64,000 nucleotides of DNA from Podarcis vaucheri (taxonomy: Eukaryota), in the NCBI GenBank assembly GCA_965113315.1, contig OZ220370.1. One strand, given 5' to 3'. The notes below the pieces were generated by a model. That model did no database searches. It was not told the origin of the DNA and saw only the letters and a list, made by a program, of their open reading frames with translations. Shown one piece after another: positions 1 to 12,899 of the stretch. Numbering within the stretch: the first letter of the stretch is position 1; every line of letters begins with the position of its first letter. Both the position numbers and the translations under genes were made by a program.

Positions 1-5
1 AGTAG

Positions 6-374
6 GGGTAAAGGTAAAGGTAAAGGTAAAAGGACCCCTGACCATTAGGTCCAGTCGTGACCGACTCTGGGGTTGCGGCGCTCATCTCACTTTATTGGCT
101 GAGGGAGCCGGCGTACAGCTTCCGGGTCATGTGACCAGCATGACTAAGCTGCTTCTGGTGAACCAGAGCAGCGTACGGAAACGCCGTTTACCTTCCTGCC
201 AGAGCGGTACCTATTTATCTACTTGCACTTTGACGTGCTTTGGAACTGCTAGGTTGGCAGGAGCAGGGACTGAACAACGGGAGCTTGTTCACCCCATTGC
301 AGGGATTCGAACCGCCGACCTTCTGATTGGCAAGTCCTAGGCTCTGTGGTTTAACCCACAGCGCCACCCGCGTC
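6..374 (-). mobile_element. Sauria SINE (Squam1-type), near full length
   Basis: Reverse complement has a tRNA-derived head (GACGCGGGTGGCGCTGTGG A-box, GGTTCGAATCC B-box), a Bov-B-like tail GAGTCGGTCACGACT and an (ACCTTT)n terminus. Confidence 0.92.
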
Positions 375-505
375 ACATTAGAGGGGTAGGTTCAGCTTAT
401 TACTGTTGGTGCATAGCAGTAACCATTTGAAGTTAAATCCTTTAAATTCTGAGGAAAAGCCTTTATTTTTGGAGATGAGGAAAGTTCATGCTGGTGGAAC
501 ATAGC

Positions 506-854
506 CCTTGAAAGCCCTAAACTGCCTTGGCTGTGTATACCTGAAGGAGCATCTCCATCCCCATCGTTCAGCCTGAACATGGAGGTCCAGCTCCAAGGGC
601 TTTCTGGCAGTTCCCTCACTGAAAGAAGTGAAGGTACAGGAAACCAGGCAGAGGGCCTTCTCAGTAGTGGCACCCACCCTGTGGAATACCCTTCCATCAG
701 ATATCAAGGAGGTAAAGAACTATATGAGCTACCGAAGACAAATGAAGGCAGCTCTGTATAGGGAAGTTTTTAATGTATGAAGTTTTATTGTGTTTAAAAC
801 ATTTTGTTGCGAGCCTCCCAGAGTGGCTGGGGCAACCCAGTCAGATGGGTGGCA

Positions 855-892
<38 letters not shown>
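506..892 (+). mobile_element. L2-clade LINE 3' fragment with (TAT)n tail
   Basis: Homologous to the other L2 3' ends in the window (KAL.GLG..YLKE.L...RAFS region), with a 3' stem-loop and an ATT microsatellite tail at 856-892. Confidence 0.85.
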
Positions 893-893
<1 letters not shown>

Positions 894-1004
894 GTTGATG
901 TACCTTAATGGCTACTGCCATTATCCTCTGCACCCTTACTTGAATGTAGTCCCACTGAACTCAGTAGGATTTACTTGAGAAAGGGCTGCAACTCACTGCA
1001 ATAA

Positions 1005-1130
1005 TAGATTCCAGGTTCAATCCCTGATGTTTGCAGGTACACCTGGGAAAGACTCCTGTCTCAAACCCAGGATAACTATTGGTCAGTCAGTGTAGTAGAC
1101 AATGCTGATTGGCTCCATCAGTCTGTTTCT
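1005..1130 (+). mobile_element. Degraded tRNA-derived SINE (Squam2-like)
   Basis: B-box-like CCAGGTTCAATCCC followed by gggaaagactcctgtctcaaaccc...cagtcagtgtag...acaat body; boundaries approximate. Confidence 0.55.
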
Positions 1131-2087
1131 ACTGCATGAAACCTCCTCCTATCAGAGACAGCAGTCCATTTGCAGCTAGCATAGTGGCTCTATCCTATCT
1201 GGTGAGCTGTTTCTAATTGAAAGGAACCTAGACTTATACAAAGCACATTAAACAACCACCACTACTAAAATTGGAATAAAGGAATTGAAATTATGTTCTA
1301 GAAGGCCTATTGCTCTTGTAAACCACACAGACCTGTTGGAAGAGCTAATTTAGGATTAGCTAGGTATAACAACATCAGGATGCTGTCAACAGACACATCT
1401 ATTTGCCTAGAATTTCTCAAAATCTGAATTTCCTGTTTTAGCACAGTGACCCTGAAGATGGAAGGTATAAACTCGGTTTGAGGAACCCAGGTCACCATCA
1501 CTTGTGCTAGAATGCTTGGTGTGCCGATAGCTACCCCTATAGTGGCTTCAGGATTCCACTTACCAGCAGTGTGGATGGGAGGGATAACATGGGTGGGCTC
1601 AGAATATGGCTGTTCAGCAAAAGCAGCAAAAAAAGTTGTGTGACACCTTAGAGGATTACACTGAAGCTTGTGGAAGCTGGATCTGCTTAAAGAGTGTATG
1701 AGATCCCCCCCACTCTACACATGCACTTAAAGGCAGTCCGCTAGGCATCATTAATAAACAGCTGGCAATACACAAAGGCATTTTTATTTTACAGTTTTTA
1801 TGACAGTTTTATGGCAGTCTTGCAACTACTATCCTCCATGGTTGTAGAATTTCCTTTTTTAAAATCTTCAGAGCTGTTTGAGGAGGTTAGTGGGTAATAA
1901 ATGGATGAGAGCAATAATTGCATGGTGAGTCACATAAAAAGAGTCATAATCAATTGCTCCGATGTCACAAAAGTTACAGTCCGCTGATTTGATGTCAGAG
2001 TGATGGATTATGACTTTGGATGCTTCAGTTATGAGCCTTTTAAAAAAAGGAAGATGAAGGAGGAGGAAGAAAATAAAGGAAGCATTG

Positions 2088-2223
2088 NNNNNNNNNNNNN
2101 NNNNNNNNNNNNNNNNNNNNNNNNNNNNNNNNNNNNNNNNNNNNNNNNNNNNNNNNNNNNNNNNNNNNNNNNNNNNNNNNNNNNNNNNNNNNNNNNNNNN
2201 NNNNNNNNNNNNNNNNNNNNNNN
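2088..2223. other. Assembly gap (136 N)
   Basis: Run of N bases. Confidence 1.
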
Positions 2224-2272
2224 AGGGCAAAGCAAGACTAGATAAGGGAAACATGGGTACCTCAAACATGTG

Positions 2273-2500
2273 CAGTGGTACCTCGGGTTAAGTACTTAAT
2301 TTGTTCCGGAGGTCCGTACTTAACCTGAAACTGTTCTTAACCTGAAGCACCACTTTAGCTAATGGGGCCTCCTGCTGCTGCCGTGCCTCCAGAGCACAAT
2401 TTCTGTTCTCATCCTGAAGCAAAGTTCTATTTCTGGGTTAGCGGAGTCTGTAACCTGAAGCGTATGTAACCTGAAGTGTATGTAACCAGAGGTACCACTG
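2273..2500. mobile_element. Tc1/mariner (Tigger/pogo-like) MITE
   Basis: TIRs CAGTGGTACCTC...GAGGTACCACTG, TA on the right flank, internal repeated TAACCTGAA; same family as 36003-36216. Confidence 0.85.
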
Positions 2501-3518
2501 TACTTGCTTCACATAGTTAATATGGTAAGTCGTTAGCACTTGAAGGTGAGAATTAGTGGACAGGGAAAATGCTCTTCCCAATCATGGTTCTCCCCTACCA
2601 ACCCTCTCCTCCTAGTCTTTTTTGAATCCCCTCACTCCAAACATGTTTAGTAACATCTGAAAGTTTTTCAAGATAGGACAATAGCCCCCACCCCCAAGTT
2701 AAAGTTAACTGTAACTCTCTCCCTTTAAAACCAATTGAATTCATTTACAACACAGGTTTCTTTGCTTTCAGTCAATGACAAAATTGGAGCAGCAGAAGGG
2801 TGCCCCTCCACTCTGTTGAGGGCTATAAGAGGAAAAACCCTGTGGTTAGGAAAATGGGTTGGAGGAACGGGAAAATGGAGGCTGCCATCCCTTGCAGTTC
2901 TCCTTCCTCGTGGAGCAGAGCCCTGGCAGTACAGTGTCACCAGCAAGCGCAAGCTGATATAGGGAAATAGGCTCAGAAGAAGGAAGGGAATGACGCTCAA
3001 ACATGCACTTCCTAATGGAAAGTCCTTCACTGCCAACAGGCAAAATACGAATTTTAAAAGACATCTAAAAGTAAGCAAGAATGATTCCTGTCAAACCTGA
3101 AACAAATGACCCTTCTGTTGTCACAGCTGTGGCAAATCCCACCTGCCAGTTCTAGCCACAGAGACCTACTAGTTTGCAGGCTCCAGTTTGGGAGCTGAGG
3201 TTGCCTGAGCTTAGAAACACTCAGCTCACCACTAAGTGGCTGTCTACACTGACCAGAGGTCATCTGTAGAGTCTGTACCCTCTGATGTTTACCTGCATTC
3301 TATGCTCCAGATAACGATGTTTTCTCCATGCATGAACCTCTGTCTCTTTCCTCACAACGCAAAGGAAAGCCGTGGAACAGAAGAGAACTCTTAAGTCCTT
3401 CTTGAAGGTCCCTCACCTAAGAGGGCTTACTAGGTCAGGACATATATTGACTGGAGAGGAATGAGGATGAGAACTCTGTTCAGTTGCAGCTTTGCTTTTA
3501 GAAGGTTTGTAGAGTTCT

Positions 3519-3789
3519 CCCCGCGACGGGGTGAGCTCCTGTTGCTTGGTCCCTGCTCCTGCCAACCTAGCAGTTCGAAAGCACGTCAAGTGCAAGTAGA
3601 TAAATAGGGACCGCTCCGGTGGGAAGGTAAATGGTGTTTCTGTGCGCTACTCTGGTTCTCCAGAAGCAGCTTAGTCATGCTGGCCACATGACCCGGAAGC
3701 TGTACGCCGGCTCCCTTGGCCAGTAAAGCGAGATGAGCGCAGCAACCCCAGAGTTGGTCACAACTGGTCAGGGGGTCCCTTTCCCTTTC
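3519..3789 (+). mobile_element. Sauria SINE, 5'-truncated
   Basis: Body similar to 6-374; flanked by 7-bp TSD GAGTTCT (3512-3518, 3790-3796). Confidence 0.9.
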
Positions 3790-6194
3790 GAGTTCTGAAA
3801 TATAAAACAGTTTTCAGCCACAATCCCTTAAAAATCACAATAACTGGATAACAGATTTCCTGCAAATGCTTAAAACCAGGTCCCTCCCATGCAAAGGCAA
3901 GCCTGGTTCTTTTTGGTACATGTGCAGCTGTAAATGTATAGCAACTGTTTGACAATGGGTGTGGTTTGGACAATCAATTCACAGCAAAAGAGTAAAAAAA
4001 TAATGCACCAGCCCATTCCCTGCAGTTTTCCCCCAGGAGCTGCTTCCTTCCTTCTAAGTGTTTTCCTTTTCATGTGAGGAATACATACTGCTTTGTCTTG
4101 GAGCCAGGGGTATGTCTCTGACTCAGATTGCTTTCTGTCATACTGGTTGCCCAGATTCCCCTTGCTGCGTCCTGCAGACTGTGCTCCATAGATCAGACTG
4201 CCAGGTCTGCCAATTAAGAGCCCCCTCCTCCCATTCAGCCCTCCCAGTTTAAGCTTTCATTCCCAGTCTGGCCCTGAGGGTCCTCCTATCACAATGGCCG
4301 GTCTATGGCTTGAGGCCTCTCTCATGAGAACAGAAAGCTGCTTTGCCAGAAGGGAGGGGTGGGGTGACACTGAAGAATAATACCTGACTCCCAATGCGTA
4401 CTGGGGGCAAAGCATCACCCGTTTTCTTGGCTGATTGTGGTTTGGAACTAATTGCGTTTGGTAAAACTCACACTTCTGGTATGATTGCCAAGAAGGGCAA
4501 GGAAGGTTGGTTAATGTATATATTTAAAAATTCAGATTTAAGTTGGATTTTAAAAATAATAATAATCCTGAGATACATGTTTTCAGAAAAAATACAGCAA
4601 ATAAATTTTAAGTTCTTGATGTAATTATGAAATGTTATTATTGTTGGTGGTTTTTTTGTCTGATGTCTAATTTATGCATGATAAATAATTATCAAATGAA
4701 TATTTAAAAAACAACACACACACAGCCCCTGGAAGCTAAGAAAATGGATATGATTTTTACACATATTTCACCTGGTACTCCATGGTGCCCTCTCAACTTG
4801 CACAAAGAAAGGGTACAGACACATTTCATTGTGGAATTCTAGTGATATTGGTGATTTGAAAACATGTAAAAGGGGATGTGCGTGGTTTTTTTCCTTGATA
4901 GACTTACTTGGATGTCTTGTGTGATAGAAACTTTCAACGTTCTTTTATCTCAGCATGGGAACCTAAAGTTCAGATTGGTTTCAGCAGCATTTCCACAAAT
5001 TTTATACTAGTGCTTATTGTTCACCATCACTTAATTGCCACCCCCCCCTGTTGCATTCGCTCCTTAACTTTCTTGGTGTTGAGAGCAGAGTAGGAGAAGT
5101 CAGATTTCATGCCCTGGGGCCTGAATAAAGAAATAAAATAACAACACTGTATTTGCATCTGTTTAGCTGTCTTGGGTCTGAGCCCCCACATGGAAAAACT
5201 GAGAAGAGGAGTGAGAGAGAAGGAGAGAGGGAGGAGAATCTATATTTCCTAGTTAGATACTTGTACAAAGCATGATTCACCGGTGTGGATGGTGGTGGGG
5301 TGGGTGGGAATCATTGTTAAAAACGACCTAGGAATTCATGGTTTTCCTATTAGAAACAAAGTCTAAAAGGGTTACATTCTCTTGCTTCTCTGCCTACTCC
5401 TGATATCAATGAGCATCAGCTAAAGGTGGCTGAAGAACCAATTTCATGCATCTACTGTAGAAGGAAATGAACTGAGCCATGGGCAAAAATAAAATTATAC
5501 AAATGTTATTATAGACTAGCCTGCTTCTGTCCTAGTTTAATTCAAATTTCACTGCTGCAGGCTTGGCTGTCGGCAGTAGCCTTGCTGAATAAATCAACAT
5601 TTGCTTACATCTAAATTATTAGAGAAACATGTGACTTTGTTTATTGTATAAATTATACACAAGGTTAAAGCATTAACTCTGTGCATCCACATTGTCTCCC
5701 TCTCGCCCCATCTCAACAAAACAAAAGCCCTCCAGAGCAAGCCAGATAGGGCAATATCTGCAAGCAGTGCTGGGTTATATGATGTTTTTAATGGAGCTGT
5801 GTGAGGCAGGAATTGCTGAACCTTATTTCAATCTGCCTTGGGCACAGTTATTTACTCCTGCACAAAGGAAGTGGGCTCTACTAACTAGGCACCATTTCAC
5901 ACATCCACAGAGGATAGTTGTAAGTAAACACATAAAGGGCTGAGTTCAAGAGAATGACTCTGTTTATTATACACTGGTGAAGGGTCCATCTGTATGACAA
6001 GCTGTATTTATTTTATTCTCCCATAAACATGATGGATGCTATGGTCCTTTGTCCACCTAGCCCTATGGGCTTGTTTAAAGGGGGCTGAGAGTGCTGCCCA
6101 GAAGTGAGTAGCTAATCTTCCTGGTGTCACAGTGGTAGGATTGTGACCCCCTCTGGCCACAGACAGGCTGGTTTAGTTCAGGGCAAGGTAGTTA

Positions 6195-6442
6195 CCGTAT
6201 TTTTCGCTCTATAAGACGCACCAGACCACAAGACGCACCTAGTTTTTGGAGGAGGAAAACAAGGAAAAAAATATTCTGAATCTCAGAAGCCAGAACAGCA
6301 AGAGGGATCGCTGCAGCAATCCCTCTTGCTGTTCTGGCTTCTGGGATAGCTGCGCAGCCTGCATTCGCTCCATAAGATGCACATACATTTCCCCTTACTT
6401 TTTAGGAGGGAAAAAGTGAGTCTTATAGAGCAAACAATACGG
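6195..6442. mobile_element. Tc1/mariner-type MITE with internal palindrome
   Basis: TA TSD on both sides; TIRs CCGTATTTTTCGCTCTATAAGAC / GTCTTATAGAGCAAACAATACGG; internal inverted repeat at 6280-6347. Confidence 0.88.
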
Positions 6443-8072
6443 TAGATGCGTGCTAAGAGTTGACATACTGGGACTTAAACACAAACAAACAGTGAGCATT
6501 TCAGTGTGTGTTAGGTATACCATATGACATTAAAATATACAGTTGTGGAACTTTGAGGGGGCTCAGCCCCTTTACTGATATTTTTTTTTGGGGGGGACCA
6601 GACCCATATTGTCTGCCTGTCTGGGACAGGATACTGGACCAGATGGGCTTTTCTTATGTTTCCTTTTTTTTTTGGGGGGGGGGCAATCTGATTTCTTAAA
6701 TTGCTCTTACTGGTGTCATTTTTTTATTAGAAAAGTAAAATACGTTAATATAATGTATACATGGTTATGGGAGAATAAACTTAGTTAAAAGGGCAGGAAA
6801 ATGAAGAATAAGAGGAATATAAAGCTACATACTTGATAACTGAAGCACTGAAGATGCCAACACTATACAACCAAATGACAAAAGCCATTCACAGTCCTCA
6901 TTCAGACCCTGACAAACATTCAAGTTTCCTAACAAATTCCAGTTCTGCATTCTCTCTGTTCTCAGAGAGAACTGAAATGTCTCCCCACAACTCATTTCTG
7001 TATTTTTGTGTATGCGCAGTGCAATCTTATTTGTGTCTACTCCGATGTAATCTCCAGTGAATGTAACTGAACTGCCTCCTAGGTGTGTAGCAAGGATGAG
7101 TCGTCTGTGATCCTCCAACAACGGTTAGACTCCAACTCCCATCAGCCCCAACTAGCGTGGCCAATGTTCTGGGATGATGGGAATTATGGCCCACCGGATA
7201 TTTTTGGGCAACAGGTACACCATCCCTGATGTGCAGGATTGAAGCCTTGATGTCGAATTTATACTTATCCATGCTTTTACATAGAAGGCATTTTTTCCCT
7301 GCTGGTGCAAATTTCTAACATGCAGACAGTCACAAGTTGGGAGTGAGGGGCTGAGGATAGCTTCCTTTCTGTAATTGCCTCCTCTTTTCTGGCTGTAGCT
7401 AGGCACCGCAGATGACAGGATGCTGGCTAAATGAACCAGCAGCCTGATACACTATGGCAGCTCTCATGTCCTCAACAACCCAAGGGATAGCCTGGCCATA
7501 TGAACACAGCCTAACAAATAATAGGATTCATATATCAAATTCTCATGCATCCCTTTGAAAAATGGATCGCCTCCAGAGAGTGTCTTGCATGTTCCTTCTT
7601 CACAGTATACAATGCAAAGGGTACATCTCTAAATAGGAAGGGATGTGTCAGAAGACATCCCTACTCCGACACCACTCCTGGCTGCTCCTTACTACACTGC
7701 ATCAGACAACTGCCTAGCTCTGATGTGCCCCACTGAGCGTTGGATGAACATTTGATGGGGCCAAATGTGAGAGGTTAGAGACTCTTAAAGCCCAGTCTTA
7801 ACTGAGAGAGCAATTTATAGGACCTACTATCTATCATGTGAACTCCAGCTTACATGAGGAACTCATCCTTTTGTACTAACAGAAGAATCTAATTCTGGCA
7901 CAAAAGCATTCTTTGGCAATGTTTTCCTGATGCTTCCTTCCAAGCCCTGTATCACTCAACCATGGAGATGTACATGCCATTTTTTTAAAATATTTTTTTA
8001 CAACTGACATCTAGACCAGTATAATCTACTCTGACAGGCTTTCCAGGTCCTCTCAGGTCAAGGTCTGCACTG

Positions 8073-8184
8073 AGGAACCTGTGTTCCCCATGCTGTTAGA
8101 CTCAACCCCCAGCCGGCAGCATGGCCAATGGCCAGGGATGATGGGAGTTGCAGTCTAGAAACATCTAGAGGGCCACAGGTTCCT
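8073..8184. mobile_element. Palindromic hAT-like MITE relic (similar copies near 7095-7230, 45215-45290, 46130-46245, 51625-51745)
   Basis: AGGAACCTGTG...CACAGGTTCCT inverted ends and the recurring ctcccatcagcccc...gggatgatgggagttg core. Confidence 0.6.
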
Positions 8185-9392
8185 CATTCATCTTAAAGGA
8201 AGGACACCAGCCAATTGTGCTGTACTCTTGAAGCACAGGATCACACTTCATCTATGGCAAGGCAAGCTCCTTTGCTCACGCCTTACATTCTTTGTTGATC
8301 CACCAGATCAGAATGTCCAATCTGTGACCTGGAATGCTAGCCTGTTGTGGATTCCCCACAGAGCATATTTTAATAACAGCCTACTTCTTTGAAGCACATT
8401 CAAATCATTTGGACCATTTCCATCAACAAGCCCTAATGTTTGCTTGCCTGAACATGTGCCAGAACTCATGGTGAGGCAGTGACTGCCCAGAGCCAGAGGA
8501 GAATCTTAAGATGTAATACTGGTCAAAGTAAATTCAATACCCAGGTTTCAATTGTAAACTCAAATGAAATTCATCACCCTTGCTCAAAATGTATAGGCCT
8601 AACAGTGAATTTCAGTGTAGGGAAAGTAATTAATATTGAGGCATTTATAACTGCAACATATGGCTGCCTTTAGCAGCTTCATTCCGTTTCATGCCTGTCT
8701 CCAGATCATGCAGCTCAAATGAAAAGAAAGCATCCAGGAAAGGCTGCTTCAATTTCTCTGCATGGATGTAACTGAGGGACTGAGCAGTTCTTCATAAACT
8801 CTGAGTGGGTCCCTGAGGGCAACAAAGGGCGGTATTGGAAGTCTATGGTATTAATGAAACAACAGTCCCACAATCCATTCTGGACAGAATTAGACTCTCA
8901 TGTAACTATATGCCACCACTGGCATTCTCTGAGATGAATCTGCTCTTCAGTCAGAAAATGTGATTGACAAATTGAAAGGCAGGATGGGAAACCTACCACT
9001 GTTTAATTTTTGCTATAGAACTGCTGGAGATGCAATGTCAACAGAGAGTTCTCTTAATTGATCCTTAGTAGGAGGTTCTCATTAAGGAAGGCTGTTTTTC
9101 CTGGCTGACCTCTAGCAGCTATGCTTTACCAATGTATGAAAGTTATTAAAAGTAAAAGAGAATCTGACCCTGAACCAGCTAAAGAAATATGAAGGTCTTT
9201 TTAATCCAAACATTTCTTATTCTTATTATGTCACTTTTTTCTTTTTCAAAAGATGCACCAAAAAAGATGTGACTTAAAAAACCCAAAGATTAAAAATAGA
9301 TACTAAGCAAGAATAAAACCAGCCTAAAATATCCATGATAATAAGTATAATAATAATAATAATAACAACAATAATATTATATATATATATAT

Positions 9393-9745
9393 ATAATAAT
9401 AATTTATTATTTATACCCCGCCCATCTGGCTGAGTTTCCCCAACCACTCTGGGCGGCTCCCAATCAGTGTTAAAAACAGTACAGTGTTACATATTAAAAA
9501 CTTCCCTGAACAGGACTGCCTTAAGATGTCTTCTGAATGTCAGGTAATTATTTATCTTTTTGACATCTGATGGGAGGGCGTTCCACAGGGCGGGCGCCAC
9601 TACCGAGAAGGCCCTCTGTCTGGTTGCCTGTAGCCTCACTTCTTGCAATGAGGGAACTGCCAGAAGACCCCCAGAGGAGGACCTCCGTGTCTGGGCTGAA
9701 CAATGGGGGTGGAGACGCTCCTTCAGGTATACAGGACCGAGGCCT
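9393..9745 (-). mobile_element. L2-clade LINE 3' fragment with AT-rich microsatellite tail
   Basis: Homologous to 47840-48780; 3' stem-loop at 9418-9456; (AAT)n/(TA)n tail at 9348-9400. Confidence 0.85.
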
Positions 9746-10129
9746 TATAAAAGAACAAATCCAATTTAACCCCCTGTTCCTAAAATATGTAGAGAATTAA
9801 ACCCAAGGTCTGAATGAATAAAAATGTATTAATCTGGCATTAATACAGAATCCTGAGAGGGTATATTCATGTGTTGCATCTCTCTTCATCTTCCTGGGTC
9901 TCAGATGAAGAACACAGGTTTTTTATTTGATTTTGGTTTAATATTTGCATTTCACTTTTCCAACAACAAATACTGAACTCAAAGTGGCTCTTAATAATCA
10001 CAGTAACATAAATAAAGCAAATAACAATAAATTCACCAAAACAATATAATTTTGGTTGGTTCATGAGGGAAGAGGTTATCTGTGAGGCAGAGGTAAAGGA
10101 CGCCTGGACTATTAAGTCCAGTCAAAGGT

Positions 10130-10640
10130 GATGCTTTATAGGTCAAAACCAGAACTTTGAATTGGACTTTGAATTAGACTTGGAAACTAAATTGTAACCA
10201 TTGTAAACCAGGCTAAAATTGGTGTTATATATTCAGACAATTTCACTCCAGTCAACAATATGGTGTCTGAATTCTACACCAACTGCAGTTCCAGAACAGT
10301 TTTCAAAGGTAGCCCCACATATAATACATTGTAGTAATATTTACTAAAGCACAAACAACAGAAGTTAGGCTATTCTTGTCTACATAGGGGCATAGATGGG
10401 CCACTAGCCAAAGCTGATGGAAGGCACTTTGCAGCACCTATAGAATTCCTCCAGAATCAGGAATCCAGAATTCTTCCCCGCCTCAGCCCAAACGATACAC
10501 CTGCTCCTTCAGAGGGAGTGTAACCCCATCCAGAGCAGGCCACGCCCCACCCATCCAATCTAGGGAGAACCACCTACTAACAGTGCCTCAGTTTTGTTTG
10601 GATTAAGCTTCAGTTTACTGGCCTTCATCTAGTCCATTAC
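10130..10640 (-). mobile_element. Older, degraded L2 fragment (small Sauria-SINE tail piece at ~10092-10128)
   Basis: Reverse complement shows remnants of the LKLNP.KTE and FKVLVLTYKA motifs. Confidence 0.6.
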
Positions 10641-12664
10641 CAAGAAAACACTTTGAGGATAAAAGCCCTTGCATCTGCCAGGACCTTGACTCCACTGTTA
10701 TAGTAGACGGATCTCAAGAGGTGTCCAGAGCACTGTCTAGTCTTCGTGTGTTGGATGAGCTTCAGTTAATGCCACTGAAAAAATAGCCAAATAGCTAATA
10801 GAGACACAACCTTAACTATGACATCTTCTGTACCTCGTAATTTATGTAAGTAATAAATAGTTTATTGAACCTTGACTGGCTTGGCAAGAGCTAACAAAAA
10901 ACAAGTGAAATAAAGGGCCAGCACAACAGAAAATAGACTTTCTACCTGGTAATCTTATAGAAAAGTCAATCAGACTTAGGAAACAAACTGAAAGAAATAA
11001 AAGTAATACCTTCTGAAAATCCCCCTGGCAATCTCAGCTGGATAAAGGAGTCTTCAGTTCCTCTCCAACAGTTCTGCTGTGTAATAATATTAGCAGCTGC
11101 ATTCCAGCCTAGAGGCTGGTGCATTTCAGCAATGGGTGAAATGTTGATTTGGAGGGGAGGGTGTCATCTCAGCCTCCATTGTTTTTCTTTGCAAAATAGT
11201 GGGAGCAAACAAATGTAAGTTATATTTAATAACATTTATATGGCTTCAAGTTATAATGAGCTGGTTCATATGTTATTAATGAGACTCTCTCATGTGCACA
11301 GACACACACACAAGTCTCACTTAGCCTGTTGGTTTCCAGTTTGAAAAACTAGTACAGGTGTACCGAGGCTTCTGAACATGTGGTGTCTCATAAAGAAGGC
11401 AGCACATGAGTCTTGTGTGTTATATTCTGGTGGTACCCTTGGTTGTTGACCAAGATTAGGAGACATATATCCCTGAAACACATACCTACTATAGAGGTAA
11501 AACAGATGGTCCTGCTTAACAGTGGGGTATCAACTCCACATACAATAATTCTATCTCTGAACCATCCTGAATCAATGACGATGACGATGATGATAACTGA
11601 CAAGTAGTAGTACAGTAGTCATCTTGTGGTACTTGAAAGTCTACCAGATGTATTATAAGCTCTAACCAATGAATATTTGTGCCACAAGAAATCTGCTAGT
11701 CTTTAAGGTGCCACAGCAACAGAATAGAGCATTTTCAAGATGGAACACTCAGTCCACCGCCTTGGCTGAGAGGGAAAGTGCTGGTTCCTTTTCCTTGGCT
11801 GCTGGAGGGCAGGACCGAAAGCATTTCTTCTTTTTTCTCTGAACAGTTTATTCAGCTACTTGACCCTGTCTGTGACACTTTGTGGTCTATGTGTAAGTAG
11901 CAAAAGCTTCAAGCTATCATGCCCCAGATTAATTTGAGGTCCGTTTAATAAAGCACGAAGCCTCAGCCATCAGTGGCAATCACATTGCAAAATGCAAAAC
12001 CTTGCTTTGAAAAGGTGGGTGCAAAATAATCAGTCACTCTGTTTCTGATGTTTTGGGGAGAGTGCCACTGCTTATGCAGTGGTGCAGTTAAGTAATTTTG
12101 TACTCTGGACTTAATAGTCTTATGCGCCACCCCCCATGCCACTTTAGATGGGAATGCATATTACTTTATTTCAAGAAGTGGCATTCTAGGCTCACTGCAT
12201 ATGGGAGCCCTCCTGCTCATTCTGCCATGGATTTCTGCCCTCAGTCATGCACCTATGCGCTTATGTAGCCATCCACACAAAAGAGAAGGTATCAGCAATA
12301 CTAGGAAAAACCCAAGTTTTGCAGAAGTACAAAATAACTTTTTGGGGGAAGACCTTAAATGCGGGGAGGGAATACCAAAAGCAGTTTAATGAGTATGGAA
12401 CTGAGGTATGGAAAGTAATGGAGTATCCTATAAGAGGGTCAACTAACTGGAACACTAAGCTGGTGCACTTCATCCTTTTTTTACACACTTGTATATAAAT
12501 TCTAGTGAAATCCCAAGACAGATGCTGCCTAGGAGGAAACCCAGAGTGCTCTGCAGCTTCCACAATGGGACTTGTACAACATGCGGGCCTCAAGGTGTTT
12601 TTGTTCACAGGAGGAAGGTTGTTTCAGTGGACTCATTGTATGGTGTCCTGATCTCATTAGAACA

Positions 12665-12899
12665 CAGTGGTACCTTGGTTTAAGAACAACTTAGTTTATG
12701 AACAACTTGGATTAAGAACGCTGCAAACCCAGAAGTAGGTGTTTTGTTTGTGAACTTTGCCTTGGAAGCAGAACATGTTCCACCTTCTGTTGAGTGTGTT
12801 CCATTTGTAAATTGAGTCCCCCGCTGCTATGGGAAAGCACACCTTGGTTTAACAACGGACTTCCGGAATGGATTAAGTTCATAAACCAAGGCACCACTG
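12665..12899. mobile_element. Tigger/pogo-like MITE
   Basis: TIRs CAGTGGTACCTTGGTTTA / TAAACCAAGGCACCACTG, TA on the right flank. Confidence 0.82.

Noticed and set aside
790-978. Poly-Ile ORF (and poly-Asn ORF 43227-43463)
   Set aside because: Translation of the (TAT)n/(AAT)n tails of L2 fragments.
1868-2291. ORFs spanning poly-X
   Set aside because: Artefacts of the 136-N assembly gap.
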